Both the position numbers and the translations under genes were made by a program. Source: a virus. From it: a stretch of DNA of 64,000 nt. The DNA lies in IMG/VR virus record IMGVR_UViG_3300045921_000291. One strand, given 5' to 3'. This document shows, piece after piece, positions 1 to 9,678 of the stretch; the stretch's first letter is position 1, and each line of letters opens with the position of its first letter. A model generated the notes under the pieces. The model searched no databases, had not been told where the DNA came from, and was given only the letters and a program-made list of their open reading frames with translations.

Positions 1-44
1 CTAGTTTTCATATATAGAATACTTATTTCATTTATAATAGTTAC

Positions 45-374
45 ATGTTCTCTTTCACTTGTGATAAAATAGCGGGCGAATTCAAAAAAGGTGTATTATT
101 ACACATTACCATACATTATGCCAATGCCAATTGGGTAGCCATATACTGGTTACACCCCACAGATGAAAATGAAGATGTTGTTAATGTGGAAGATGATATA
201 TGTTTTGCACATGAATCCGATATAGGGGTCGCGCATAATTCGGATATACATCTACCAGATGAAGATGCCATATTGAACTGGGATAAAGCTGAAATGTTAT
301 ATAATGACATTAGAGAATGGATACGTCCCATGAGACAGCGCATTCTTGGGCTTTATCTTCCCCATTCGGAATAA
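45..374 (+). CDS. hypothetical protein
   Basis: 109-aa ORF with an ATG; its 3' end overlaps the convergent gp46 gene by 65 bp; no motif recognised. Confidence 0.4.
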   Translation: MFSFTCDKIAGEFKKGVLLHITIHYANANWVAIYWLHPTDENEDVVNVEDDICFAHESDIGVAHNSDIHLPDEDAILNWDKAEMLYNDIREWIRPMRQRILGLYLPHSE

Positions 375-2037
375 CAGAAATCTTGGAGAACACATCCATT
401 TCTACTTGGTACACTGCATCAAACATATGCGTGTCTATTTGAGAGTGGTGTACTATGAATATATTGACATTGTTCTCTTTTGAGAAGTTTTTCATGATTT
501 CTATAATGCTCTTTATACCTTGAATATCAACAGAGGCGAATACCTCATCCAGAAACAGTATATTAGTTGGTGTCTGCTTCAAAATGATAGAGAGATACGA
601 AAGGAGTATAGCAAGATTGGCTCTTCTAAGTTGACCATCTGATAACCTTTCAGGTGAAATAGCTTGACCTCTACGTCTAATATGGGGTTCAAATTCTTCA
701 TCAAATGCAACATCAACGGTAACACCGAGTTCTTTGGTATACTTAGCCAAATATGAATTTATAGGTTTTACTATTCTACCCACCAGAATACCACGCAATC
801 CATTATCACCGAACATATCAGCTATGAAATCACTTGCTTTTAGAGATAACTCAGCTTGTGATTTCTTTTTATTGGTCTGTTCTATTTTTTTCTTTATTTC
901 CTTTAATGATTTTTCTATATCTTCAGTATAAGAATCATCCTTTAAGCTATCCTTTAGTGATTTTATTTCGCCTTTAACATAACTCGCATCTGATTCCAAA
1001 GATGATAAGTTTCTTTGAAGTTCTCTTATTTTAGACTTGGTGCTGAATAGTTTATCACTCAAAATGTTAACAGTTTCTTTTTGTTTTCCCATCAGGATTT
1101 TACATTCGGATAGTACATTTTCAGATTGTGATATGATTACAGCGAGTTCATCTGGGTTTATAATGGAACCACAGGTAGGACATTTGTCAACTATACTTTT
1201 CCAATTGGATATGGATTCTTCCAGCTCAGCTATTTTGTATCTGGTGGCATTCATTTTAGTGGTAGCGTCTGTATACTCACTCTCCACCTTCGGTAATACA
1301 ATAGTCTCTCCCTTGTTTAACTTATCTGATAATATCTGATAAGTGTTTTTAAGGTTAGATAGTTGACCTTTTAATTCATCCAATTGTTCGTCTTTTGTCT
1401 TTCTTTTACTTTCTTTCAATTTGTTCATAGACTCCGTAAACTCGGTCATGGAGTATTCTAGTGATTCAATAGAAGCGGACAACTCGGAGTCTAATTTCTT
1501 GAACTCTGATTTGTATTTTTTGTTCTTTTTCTGAATTTCCTCAAACTGCTCAAAGTTCAATAGCTTATCCCTAACTAATCTCTTTTCATCTATACTCATA
1601 GATAAAAAGTTCTTGAAGTAGTTTATATTGAGAGATACGAATGACTTATATGTTTTGAAATCTATACCCAACTCACTCTCAACAATAACCTCTTTATTCT
1701 TCTTATTAGCCCTGTCTAGCTCTTCATTATTCTTATAAGCTGTAACCCCCTTAGAAGTCCTGTCAATGCGCCATACGTCATCTTTCACATTTAAATAGAC
1801 ACGTGTCTCCATTGTCGAATTAATCTCATTGACTAATTCTGATACTGGAATAGTTTCTTTCTTTTTGCCTTTAACTTTACCATATATGGCATAATCCAAT
1901 GCTTCGATAACAGATGACTTACCTGAACCATTCTCCCCCACCAACAGGTTGAGGCTACCGTTATCGGATAGCTTTATACCAGTCCACGCATTACCATATG
2001 CGCGGAAATTTCTCCATCCCCATTCTTTTATGAACAT
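310..2037 (-). CDS. gp46: recombination endonuclease ATPase subunit (T4 gp46 / SbcC / Rad50-like)
   Basis: Walker A GENGSGKSS, long coiled coil with central CPTCG zinc hook, signature LSDGQ, Walker B LFLDE, H-loop VHH. Confidence 0.95.
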   Translation of the reverse strand: MFIKEWGWRNFRAYGNAWTGIKLSDNGSLNLLVGENGSGKSSVIEALDYAIYGKVKGKKKETIPVSELVNEINSTMETRVYLNVKDDVWRIDRTSKGVTAYKNNEELDRANKKNKEVIVESELGIDFKTYKSFVSLNINYFKNFLSMSIDEKRLVRDKLLNFEQFEEIQKKNKKYKSEFKKLDSELSASIESLEYSMTEFTESMNKLKESKRKTKDEQLDELKGQLSNLKNTYQILSDKLNKGETIVLPKVESEYTDATTKMNATRYKIAELEESISNWKSIVDKCPTCGSIINPDELAVIISQSENVLSECKILMGKQKETVNILSDKLFSTKSKIRELQRNLSSLESDASYVKGEIKSLKDSLKDDSYTEDIEKSLKEIKKKIEQTNKKKSQAELSLKASDFIADMFGDNGLRGILVGRIVKPINSYLAKYTKELGVTVDVAFDEEFEPHIRRRGQAISPERLSDGQLRRANLAILLSYLSIILKQTPTNILFLDEVFASVDIQGIKSIIEIMKNFSKENNVNIFIVHHSQIDTHMFDAVYQVEMDVFSKISVIPNGEDKAQECAVSWDVSIL

Positions 2038-2039
2038 GA

Positions 2040-2249
2040 TTAGATTTTATTTGTATTAGATGATAATTGCTTGAAAAAACAGTCTTCTAATTGATCAATA
2101 CAAAGGTCAAACAACTTGGAAGCTGTTATCATAGGTATAACCAATAATTCCATTTCATCCTCAACCTGAACCCTTAGGCGCACAAGCTGGTGGCTTATGC
2201 TCATATCTGGCACTGGTATAAAATCGGATATGTATACTCTTTCTCTCAT
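2040..2249 (-). CDS. hypothetical protein upstream of gp46
   Basis: 69-aa ORF between a host-type promoter (2272-2303) and gp46, 2-nt gap. Confidence 0.55.
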   Translation of the reverse strand: MRERVYISDFIPVPDMSISHQLVRLRVQVEDEMELLVIPMITASKLFDLCIDQLEDCFFKQLSSNTNKI

Positions 2250-2271
2250 ACCTTTAATGTGTATGTATGTG

Positions 2272-2303
2272 CAAAGTTAAACTGATAGATAATTAAAAGC
2301 AAA
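2272..2303 (-). promoter_or_regulatory. Bacteroidota sigma70-type (early/middle) promoter
   Basis: Minus strand reads TTTG-N20-TAACTTTG, matching the Bacteroidota -33/-7 consensus TTG...TAnnTTTG. Confidence 0.75.
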
Positions 2304-2445
2304 CTAACTATAAATTTGATTATATTGCTTAACAATCAACCAAAATCAAAATACATTCACCAAATTTAAAAGGTTAATTTATAATTAGGTTAGTACAATA
2401 GATTATTCACAATATAATCATTATCGTAAATGATTTGAATTTAAC

Positions 2446-2477
2446 AAAAAAAGGGAGCTTTATTAAGCCCCCTTTTT
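2446..2477. terminator. intrinsic terminator, probably bidirectional
   Basis: GC-rich stem GGGAGCTT/AAGCCCCC flanked by A7 and T5, just downstream of the 2501..3562 gene. Confidence 0.75.
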
Positions 2478-2500
2478 AGTTGTTTGGTTGTCTATATCTA

Positions 2501-3562
2501 TTATTTTCTACCTTTTGGACGACCTACACGACTAGAAAAACCACGTGGTGAAGTTCTAACTGGTAGTTCTTCATCATCTTCATCGTTGCCTCTATAAGTA
2601 TCATAATTCATTTCGTCTTCTCTCTTATTGTATTTGAGGTCTACTTTATTTTTAGCCCTTAGCGCTCTACGATATTCTGGGTCGTTGTATAATTCATCTT
2701 CGTCTTCATCTTCATCGTAATCTACCATAACGTCATCGTAGTCATAACCATAAGTCTCTTTCAAAAACTCTTGGAAGCTAGGAACTAGTTTTATACCTTT
2801 TATTTCGCTGCTAACACTTTCTTTAACACTAGAAGCAGCGAAAGTAGCTCTCAATACGTTCAGAATTACAGCAGCAGTACCAGCTACACCAGTAATCAAC
2901 TGACCCAATGTAACAGGTGAGTTACCAGAGAACATGATTTCTCTGCTTAAGTATTCACCAAAAGCACCCTGACCGAGTATGTTAGCGAATACCGCAACTA
3001 TAGCCATTACAAGTGAAATACTAGCAGCTATACCTAGTCTGCTATCTACGGTGTTATCTTGTTCGTTTATACGTCTGCCTTCTTGTAGCTGTGCTTTAGG
3101 AAGTGCAGATGCTAATCTTGACATATTCAAAACGGAAACAATGCTATCAGCAGCATTGAATATCTTACCCATTTGCTTAGATATGCCAATTTTAGATATA
3201 GCATCAATGAGTTTCTTGGCAAAAGCTGACAATTTTTTAATACCCGCAGCGGATAGCTCAGATAAAAATGCCATGAACTTAGTAGCAGTCTGAATACCAG
3301 CTTTGAACTTTTCACCTATCGCTTTAAGAGCGGCGCGTCCTTTTGCAGAAAGAGAAAGCAGCCAATCAGAGAAAGCAGACTCGTACATAGGAGCAGTAGC
3401 ACCAGAACGAATTTTAGAAGGTAGTTTATCTGCAACACCATCAATGAATTCAGGAGTTGAAATCATTTGGATTAGTTCTGATATAGTCACTGCTCCAGCT
3501 TTTTCTGATTCATTCAGAGAAATGCGTGATATTTTGATGCGTCTGTTATGGTTGTATGACAT
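2501..3562 (-). CDS. putative internal head protein with hydrophobic segments and acidic/basic tail
   Basis: 353 aa; several (I/L)xE sites (LNES, LQEG, INEQ), FQEFLKE motif, two hydrophobic stretches; GATATATA box about 30 nt upstream. Confidence 0.5.
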   Translation of the reverse strand: MSYNHNRRIKISRISLNESEKAGAVTISELIQMISTPEFIDGVADKLPSKIRSGATAPMYESAFSDWLLSLSAKGRAALKAIGEKFKAGIQTATKFMAFLSELSAAGIKKLSAFAKKLIDAISKIGISKQMGKIFNAADSIVSVLNMSRLASALPKAQLQEGRRINEQDNTVDSRLGIAASISLVMAIVAVFANILGQGAFGEYLSREIMFSGNSPVTLGQLITGVAGTAAVILNVLRATFAASSVKESVSSEIKGIKLVPSFQEFLKETYGYDYDDVMVDYDEDEDEDELYNDPEYRRALRAKNKVDLKYNKREDEMNYDTYRGNDEDDEELPVRTSPRGFSSRVGRPKGRK

Positions 3563-3619
3563 ATAGGTCTAACTTTTTGTCTTAATTTGGAATTATATAT
3601 CTAATTATATTTATAAAAA

Positions 3620-3651
3620 TTTGACAATTAGCATTTCACTCATTATTTTTG
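3620..3651 (+). promoter_or_regulatory. Bacteroidota sigma70-type promoter
   Basis: TTTG (3620-3623), N20, TATTTTTG (3644-3651). Confidence 0.75.
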
Positions 3652-3700
3652 TCTTAAATTTCATTTTTTTCTTTCACTTTTTCAATTTTACCGTTTTCCG

Positions 3701-4108
3701 ATGACAGAAAACACCAAATCAACCCCCAAAATGGTACAGATTCCTGTATCACGAGACGAAGTATCGAAGCGTCAGATGACTCGTTGGAACGCATTTTCAC
3801 GTGAAGTGAGTAACCGTTTCAACAATCTGAAAACTAAGCCTTTGTCTTCTTTCAGTTCACTCCGTAAAGGAGACCTAGTGTACGCTTGGTTTTCCACCCA
3901 CCGTGACGGTCATCGCAAGATGCTCGCCATTTATAACGGAAAAAACGATAAAGGCAATCACACCTTTACCGTATCTCGTAAAAACGAGAAAGGTCGTTAT
4001 GTAAATGTAGAGGCGGTTAAATACACACCTGCATTTATGCTGCGTGTAAACACTGCGAATCTGGTAGAAAAACAAGATTTAGCAGAAGCCAAGCGTCTTG
4101 GTTTGTAA
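3701..4108 (+). CDS. basic hypothetical protein (early)
   Basis: 135 aa, K/R-rich, CGT-biased Arg codons; own promoter and terminator. Confidence 0.75.
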   Translation: MTENTKSTPKMVQIPVSRDEVSKRQMTRWNAFSREVSNRFNNLKTKPLSSFSSLRKGDLVYAWFSTHRDGHRKMLAIYNGKNDKGNHTFTVSRKNEKGRYVNVEAVKYTPAFMLRVNTANLVEKQDLAEAKRLGL

Positions 4109-4126
4109 ACAGAACCATCAATAGAC

Positions 4127-4160
4127 AAAGCCTCCTAGAGATAGGGGGCTTTTCTTTTTT
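4127..4160 (+). terminator. intrinsic terminator
   Basis: AAAGCCTCCTA-GAGA-TAGGGGGCTTT stem followed by a T-rich tract. Confidence 0.8.
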
Positions 4161-4162
4161 TA

Positions 4163-4172
4163 GATATATAAG
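4163..4172 (+). promoter_or_regulatory. putative late promoter box (RATATATA)
   Basis: GATATATAAG; TATATA ends 5 nt before the ATG of the neck gene; same motif precedes many structural genes. Confidence 0.6.
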
Positions 4173-4175
4173 AGT

Positions 4176-4931
4176 ATGACAATCGAAGAAATGATAGACT
4201 ACGTTAATATGGAGTTGACTATATCAGGTCAATTACCCAAAGACGTTCCAGAGAAAGAAATCAGGCGTATAATAAACGAATCTCTGGAGTGGTTTTACTT
4301 TCACTACAAATACGCTAATTATAAAGATTATTATTACGTATCAGAGGATATGATGAAAAGGGATAGTCATATTTCAAATACATTTGAAGTCGAGTTACCA
4401 TGTGATATATTCAACGTAGTGTATGCCTATGCCGTTAACCGTTCCGACTTATTCCAATTAGGTGTATACGCTCCTGACCTAAGAATAGGTTTAGGTGTCA
4501 CCTCACAGCCTTACCTAACATCCTATATTACAAGTATAGCTGAACTCACTGTGACAAGGGTGTCGGTTCAATCATTTGGTGAGATGTTGAAGAAGTTGTC
4601 CAGAAATACAGTTAGGTGGGATTGGGACCAAAATGGTAGACGTTTCCATTTACTTTCAAACCTACCTCAATTCTCTTCTGAATTGGTATTGGAAGTGTAT
4701 CGTAAAGTGGCACCTGAGAATTTGTTCGAGGATACTTATTTTAGACGATATGTGTATGCGTACGGTAAACGTCAATTGGGTATGATACTTTCCAGATATG
4801 ACTTCCAATTACCTGGTAATTTCAAATACAACTTCGATACTATACTCCGTTATGCGGATGAAGAACTAAACCAAGTGAGAGAAGAAATAAAAGCCATGAC
4901 TAAAGGCTCTTTCATACGAATGAAAAACTAA
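4176..4931 (+). CDS. gp13: neck protein (T4 gp13-like)
   Basis: C-terminal KRQLGMILSRYDFQLPGNFKYNFDTILRYADEEL resembles the gp13 motif KRQWGxNLxKF..QLPGG..LN...IY.EA..EI; N-terminal ALEWF..YH-like segment. Confidence 0.8.
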   Translation: MTIEEMIDYVNMELTISGQLPKDVPEKEIRRIINESLEWFYFHYKYANYKDYYYVSEDMMKRDSHISNTFEVELPCDIFNVVYAYAVNRSDLFQLGVYAPDLRIGLGVTSQPYLTSYITSIAELTVTRVSVQSFGEMLKKLSRNTVRWDWDQNGRRFHLLSNLPQFSSELVLEVYRKVAPENLFEDTYFRRYVYAYGKRQLGMILSRYDFQLPGNFKYNFDTILRYADEELNQVREEIKAMTKGSFIRMKN

Positions 4932-4954
4932 AAGCTAATCATATCAAATATAAA

Positions 4955-5281
4955 ATGGTATACCGTGAATTCAAATCAAGTTTATATGAAAAGGTGTTTA
5001 ATCCAAACCACCTATTCAATAACGAGCTACACACTTATTTTGAAGAAGAGGGATATACAGTCACTATACATGACTTTACTGTTGATTTAACTTCCACTGA
5101 TAGATTAACTATAGTTGGGGGTGATTATCCTAAAGAACTCATACTTGAAAACAAGCAAGGTACTTTCTATCTCAAAGATAAACACGTTAGACGTATTGCG
5201 TCAGAGCCAGAATTTCTTAAAGAAGTAATAGATTCTATTGTGGAGAATCAATTCTTCCGATATTTTGAAAAACGAGCTTGA
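4955..5281 (+). CDS. hypothetical protein with capsid-targeting-like N-terminus
   Basis: 108 aa, begins MVYREFKSSLYE; overlaps the terminase 3' end by 34 bp. Confidence 0.6.
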   Translation: MVYREFKSSLYEKVFNPNHLFNNELHTYFEEEGYTVTIHDFTVDLTSTDRLTIVGGDYPKELILENKQGTFYLKDKHVRRIASEPEFLKEVIDSIVENQFFRYFEKRA

Positions 5282-7386
5282 TTGAGATTAAACATCCCTC
5301 TTTTAACATTAGAATAGGCATTTATTGCACCAGAATAATCAACACTTGTTGTATTCTTTAAGAACTCACCCCCTTCTAGTTTACTTTTCTCTTCTGGTGT
5401 CAACTTAGAGAATTCCGTCTCCGTTAATGCTTCCCAATATGGTTTGTTTTCTCTTGTGGCAGCCGCTCCAAGTATAGTCATGACTAAATCATCATTACCT
5501 GTTTGAGCGGTGAATTGAGTATTACCAGAAGGCGTTTCTTTTATGACAAACATACCCATTTCTTTTATGGTGTCATTATGGTAGAGAACAATGTCACCGT
5601 TTTCAACCAGTGTCTTAGCGTATCTAGCTAGATGTGGTTTATTATCACTTCTTATTTTCAATCCTATCTTTTTAGACGCATCTGATGATGCGTGTTTATA
5701 TTTGCACATCACATATGAAGCATAGTCGCTTTCTGATTTGTATAACTTGGGGAGTGCGTCCAGTACACGCCCACCCCCTCCGTTTATTTCCAATGTGACT
5801 TTTACATTCTCTGGATTCAATAACTTGAATATTATACCATGAAGTATATAAGCAACTTCTTCATGATTAGCTGTATTATTACACCACACTCCAACTTGTT
5901 CCATTTTGAATAAATCATGGAATGATTCAGCCGATTTTCTCTTAATTTCTAACTCATCGTCGTTATATCTAGCTAATTTGAATATATTGATGACTGAATA
6001 ATCTCTACCCAATCCATCACCTACGTCCACACTCACCACATAAGAATAATCCTTTAACCTAGACATGTTTAGTATAGTGTGGTCTTTAATCCATATTAAA
6101 TCGTCATATTTAAAGGGTAATATCTTATCCAATTCAGAAAAAGATATATGTTCAAAATCTCTTTTATTTTTGTTCAATTTTTCCAATGTCTCATTCTTAA
6201 ACAACAAATCAGAACCAGTGGAGAACTTTAAATCAAATTGTCTGGCGAATGCTTCTTCTTTGAAGTTAGCTATTTGGTCAGCTTTCCAGTTAGTCACTTT
6301 AGTACATAATTGATATAGTCTTATAGGGTAATCTTCTTTATATGCAATAATCATATTCCTCACCTTATTCAAATCATATTCATCTTTCTTGAACCTATGA
6401 AATCCATCCGAATCCGTTGGGTATTTTTTACCATCTTTTATTCTTCCTGGAATTTTTTTGAAACCCTCACTTCTTATTTTGTTCCATACTTCATCTTGAG
6501 TCACCCCATAGTTATCTAATGCTATTTTATTTAGTTTTACTTTTAAATCTAAACGACCGGGTATTTGCCACCAATAAGCGATAGACAACTTGAACTCATT
6601 CTTTTCTGGATCATTTGGAGGTAGCCCCGCTCGTCTGACCAAGTCATAAAATAAATTAAACCCTTTAGGTGTAGATGTAATAATAGCCCTTGAATTTTCT
6701 ATAGATGATACAACTGGCCATATATTCTCCCAATATGTATTTAGAAAGTTTTCTGGTATCAATGCGAACTCATCACAATACAAAAAGTCAATAGAAAAAC
6801 CTACTGACGGTTCTTTTACTCTGTTTTCGGTTAATATACGAGTGCCATTATCAAATTCTATACCCCTCTCTTTCCATGAAACTATACCCCTCTTTAGAAA
6901 GAAAGGCACACTTCGATATATCTCCTTTATCTTATTGATTACTTCGACTACAGTCTTACCCTTGTTCGCAACCATCATTACATTTTTCTTATTATTAAAA
7001 AAGCAATAATGTAATATGAAAATTGCAGTCATTATTGTTTTACCTTGTTGCCTAGAAGCAAGTACGACATTAAAACGATTATTTTTAAAATTATTTAGTA
7101 TATCTTTTTGGTAATCTCTAAGTTTTGCTTGTTTGTATGTACCGTCTTCTGTCTTTATTTTACAGTAATTTTCGGCGAAATACATGACATCATCTTTACA
7201 TTTTATTACTTCTTCTATTTCCTCAATAGTATAGTTGAATGCTAGGTTATTTTTCTTTAAGTCTATCTTATTAGGCTCAAAGAAAGGGTTAAGGTAAGAT
7301 GAAAGATATACACCAGACAACACGTCATTTTGGGCTTTCTCAACAGAAATGGTATCCCATATTTTTTGTGATGTCTTCATATTCAT
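5248..7386 (-). CDS. gp17: terminase large subunit (T4 gp17-like)
   Basis: LRDYQ Q-motif, Walker A ASRQQGKT, Walker B LYCDE, ITSTP, nuclease VDVGDGLGRDYS and DD; start moved to ATG 7386 (or 7380), next to the palindromic box. Confidence 0.95.
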   Translation of the reverse strand: MNMKTSQKIWDTISVEKAQNDVLSGVYLSSYLNPFFEPNKIDLKKNNLAFNYTIEEIEEVIKCKDDVMYFAENYCKIKTEDGTYKQAKLRDYQKDILNNFKNNRFNVVLASRQQGKTIMTAIFILHYCFFNNKKNVMMVANKGKTVVEVINKIKEIYRSVPFFLKRGIVSWKERGIEFDNGTRILTENRVKEPSVGFSIDFLYCDEFALIPENFLNTYWENIWPVVSSIENSRAIITSTPKGFNLFYDLVRRAGLPPNDPEKNEFKLSIAYWWQIPGRLDLKVKLNKIALDNYGVTQDEVWNKIRSEGFKKIPGRIKDGKKYPTDSDGFHRFKKDEYDLNKVRNMIIAYKEDYPIRLYQLCTKVTNWKADQIANFKEEAFARQFDLKFSTGSDLLFKNETLEKLNKNKRDFEHISFSELDKILPFKYDDLIWIKDHTILNMSRLKDYSYVVSVDVGDGLGRDYSVINIFKLARYNDDELEIKRKSAESFHDLFKMEQVGVWCNNTANHEEVAYILHGIIFKLLNPENVKVTLEINGGGGRVLDALPKLYKSESDYASYVMCKYKHASSDASKKIGLKIRSDNKPHLARYAKTLVENGDIVLYHNDTIKEMGMFVIKETPSGNTQFTAQTGNDDLVMTILGAAATRENKPYWEALTETEFSKLTPEEKSKLEGGEFLKNTTSVDYSGAINAYSNVKRGMFNLNQARFSKYRKN

Positions 7387-7387
7387 T

Positions 7388-7397
7388 GATATATATC
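7388..7397. promoter_or_regulatory. palindromic bidirectional late promoter box
   Basis: Perfect palindrome GATATATATC in the 16-nt gap between divergent ATGs at 7386 (-) and 7403 (+). Confidence 0.6.
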
Positions 7398-7402
7398 TTA
7401 TT

Positions 7403-8167
7403 ATGGATGATTTTGAAAAAATTACACCTAAAAGAAGAAAGGAAATAGCGGATGACCTTGAAAAAGATATTAAAGGGTTTATGTCCACTGCTTCATTTGA
7501 CCCTGCGGGTTTGTTAACCAGTACCATAAGTGAATTGGGTAGCCCAGGTGAAGATGAATACGAATTATTCGACTATGAGGAAAAGTTAACCGAAATAAGA
7601 AAGTATACAAAAGACACGATTAAGATGTTAGCTAAATATCATCTTAATGGCTATGAAGATGTTTCCCCAAAGTTAATAGAGCGCATCATAGAAGACCACG
7701 TTGAATCTATGAGTATGTATGACTTCTTGGTTTGGCACTCACATAGAACACTTATAGATGTATCCAATGAGATTGATAAAGGAGCTAAAGATTCAAGGTT
7801 ATATGAGGCTTCTAATAAGATAAAAAAAGAATTAAGAGATACGCTAAAAATGCGATCCGATGAATTCAAAAATTTAAAAAAATTTTACGCCGAATTGAGA
7901 GATGAACTGCAACGTACCAATGGAAAGTCTGATGAAGATAAAGTTGACGGTTACGAAATCATATTAACAGGTAAACCTACATTCGGAGCAGATAAAGAAG
8001 TTAAAATATTGACTACTATAGATGAAATACTCATGAGTAAAGCCAAATTGATGAAAGATGAAATGAAAAAGGAAGAAGTGCCTGGAGGGGTAGATACGGG
8101 ATACGTTGGAATAGATGAGTCAGTTTCACCAAAGGGGGAAACTGATGAAGTATATGATGAAGAATGA
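7403..8167 (+). CDS. candidate terminase small subunit (gp16-like)
   Basis: Helical protein; DSRLYEASNKIKKELRDTL resembles the xPRxxEVxxxLxKxxxD motif of T4-like small terminases; divergent from gp17; ATG at 7403. Confidence 0.5.
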   Translation: MDDFEKITPKRRKEIADDLEKDIKGFMSTASFDPAGLLTSTISELGSPGEDEYELFDYEEKLTEIRKYTKDTIKMLAKYHLNGYEDVSPKLIERIIEDHVESMSMYDFLVWHSHRTLIDVSNEIDKGAKDSRLYEASNKIKKELRDTLKMRSDEFKNLKKFYAELRDELQRTNGKSDEDKVDGYEIILTGKPTFGADKEVKILTTIDEILMSKAKLMKDEMKKEEVPGGVDTGYVGIDESVSPKGETDEVYDEE

Positions 8168-8182
8168 TAGATACATAGTATC

Positions 8183-8620
8183 ATGGGAGATTTCCAATCA
8201 TTCAAACGCAAATTCATAAATAATACAATAAAGGAAGATTTAGCCATAGCATCTTTCAAAGAGGTGGTATGGAAATATGATTCTGAATATGGATTGACTC
8301 AAAGATTGACTAATCCAAAAGATACGGTATATCTGGATGAATTTGAGATAGATGTAGTTAAACAGGCATTCGGTGATAGTTCATACAATGCTTCTGTTAA
8401 ACAGAAGATGGTTCAGATGATTCAGGGCGACAATAGAGAAGTATCTGTAACTATACAGAAACACGCTACTGGTTGGTTCATGTGTACACTTAGAATAATG
8501 ACTGATACTATGATAGAAAACTTCTATCTATGCCCTCAAATAGGGAAAGATGGTTTAGCTTATTTATGTGAAATCATTAAAAAGGAGATAGAAGAATATA
8601 AAAAAGAAGAAAACGAGTAA
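8183..8620 (+). CDS. hypothetical protein with capsid-targeting-like N-terminus
   Basis: 145 aa, begins MGDFQSFKRKFINNTIKE; GATACATA variant box upstream. Confidence 0.65.
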   Translation: MGDFQSFKRKFINNTIKEDLAIASFKEVVWKYDSEYGLTQRLTNPKDTVYLDEFEIDVVKQAFGDSSYNASVKQKMVQMIQGDNREVSVTIQKHATGWFMCTLRIMTDTMIENFYLCPQIGKDGLAYLCEIIKKEIEEYKKEENE

Positions 8621-9486
8621 TGGGATTTTTGGAATTCAAACGAGGTATATTTGATACTGTGTTTTTATATGAAGAAGCCAGTGCAGGGTATTTCGTGAAC
8701 AACAAATTAAATGGGGACACTATGCTTAAGATGTTCCCGAAGGATAAATGGGTGCCCGTGAATGACGAAAGACTACTCATGGCGATTAAATATGGGCTTT
8801 CAATAGAAATTATGTATAAAAACGAATCTATTAAGTTTTACCGTCAACGCGTAATATATCCATTGACATATGGGTTCACTTCATCCAACGATAGTGTGAT
8901 TATCGGTTATCAAAAAAGAGGTTTTTCTTTCTCTGGTGATGCCAATAAATCTTTCAGACAGTTTAGGGTGGATAGAATGGATAAGATGAGATACACTGGT
9001 CAAACTTTTTCATTCCCACCAAAAGATTATAATGAGTCCCCGATGAATGTTAGTGTTGTTATAGCAACAGCAGACTTCAATGAAATAAAAAAGAACCAAG
9101 AAGAACTAAAGAAAAGTATAGACGATAGAGATAGACCAAATTCTATAACCCAAGAACTGGTAAGAGTTAAAGTAATTGAAACTGACAATGTTATTGATTT
9201 GACAAATGCTAATAGCTATAACCCTTTGATAGATGAACTGGAAGATATGAAAACTACAGATGTGCTTTTCTTGCAGAATGTATCGAAACTTTCAGATAAC
9301 ATCGCCATGATAAATGTATCCTCTAAGGTTAATAACAAACTTAAATTATATGTCGGAAACGGTAACAGCTTAAAAGGTGTTTATAAAGTTTTGGATGTGG
9401 TAAAGGCATCCGAGCTAAACAAAAAAAGAAGTATAGGCAATAAATATAGATTTGATATAGTAGAGTTTGAAAAGAAATTAAATTGA
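8620..9486 (+). CDS. WYL-domain protein
   Basis: SIEIMYK...RQRVIYPLTYG...IIGYQKRG..FRQFRVDRMDKMRYTGQTF matches the WYL pattern I.Y....R.V.P....R.FR.DRI. Confidence 0.65.
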   Translation: MGFLEFKRGIFDTVFLYEEASAGYFVNNKLNGDTMLKMFPKDKWVPVNDERLLMAIKYGLSIEIMYKNESIKFYRQRVIYPLTYGFTSSNDSVIIGYQKRGFSFSGDANKSFRQFRVDRMDKMRYTGQTFSFPPKDYNESPMNVSVVIATADFNEIKKNQEELKKSIDDRDRPNSITQELVRVKVIETDNVIDLTNANSYNPLIDELEDMKTTDVLFLQNVSKLSDNIAMINVSSKVNNKLKLYVGNGNSLKGVYKVLDVVKASELNKKRSIGNKYRFDIVEFEKKLN

Positions 9487-9663
9487 TACATTAACAGATT
9501 TAGCTTGAACTATCATCTCATCAATCTGACGATCAACTTTATTCAGTAAAACACGTTTACGTAAAGACATCTCCTTAATCTCCTCTATAGTCTTAGGAGG
9601 CATTTTTGGAGACTTTCTATTGTCTTCTCTTCTTTTTATAATTTCATCATTTACAATCCCCAT
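9478..9663 (-). CDS. small hypothetical protein
   Basis: 61 aa; AATATATA box ends 5 nt before its ATG. Confidence 0.6.
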   Translation of the reverse strand: MGIVNDEIIKRREDNRKSPKMPPKTIEEIKEMSLRKRVLLNKVDRQIDEMIVQAKSVNVSI

Positions 9664-9678
9664 ACATTTATATATTCA

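Noticed and set aside
6289-6552. Intein or intron in the terminase
   Set aside because: No N-terminal Cys/Ser with C-terminal His-Asn followed by Cys/Ser/Thr, no LAGLIDADG motif, and the frame is continuous.
7349-7527. Track starts at 7349 (+) and 7527 (-)
   Set aside because: They use upstream non-ATG starts and force a 180-bp overlap of two real genes; ATGs at 7403 and 7386 flank the shared palindromic box and fit better.
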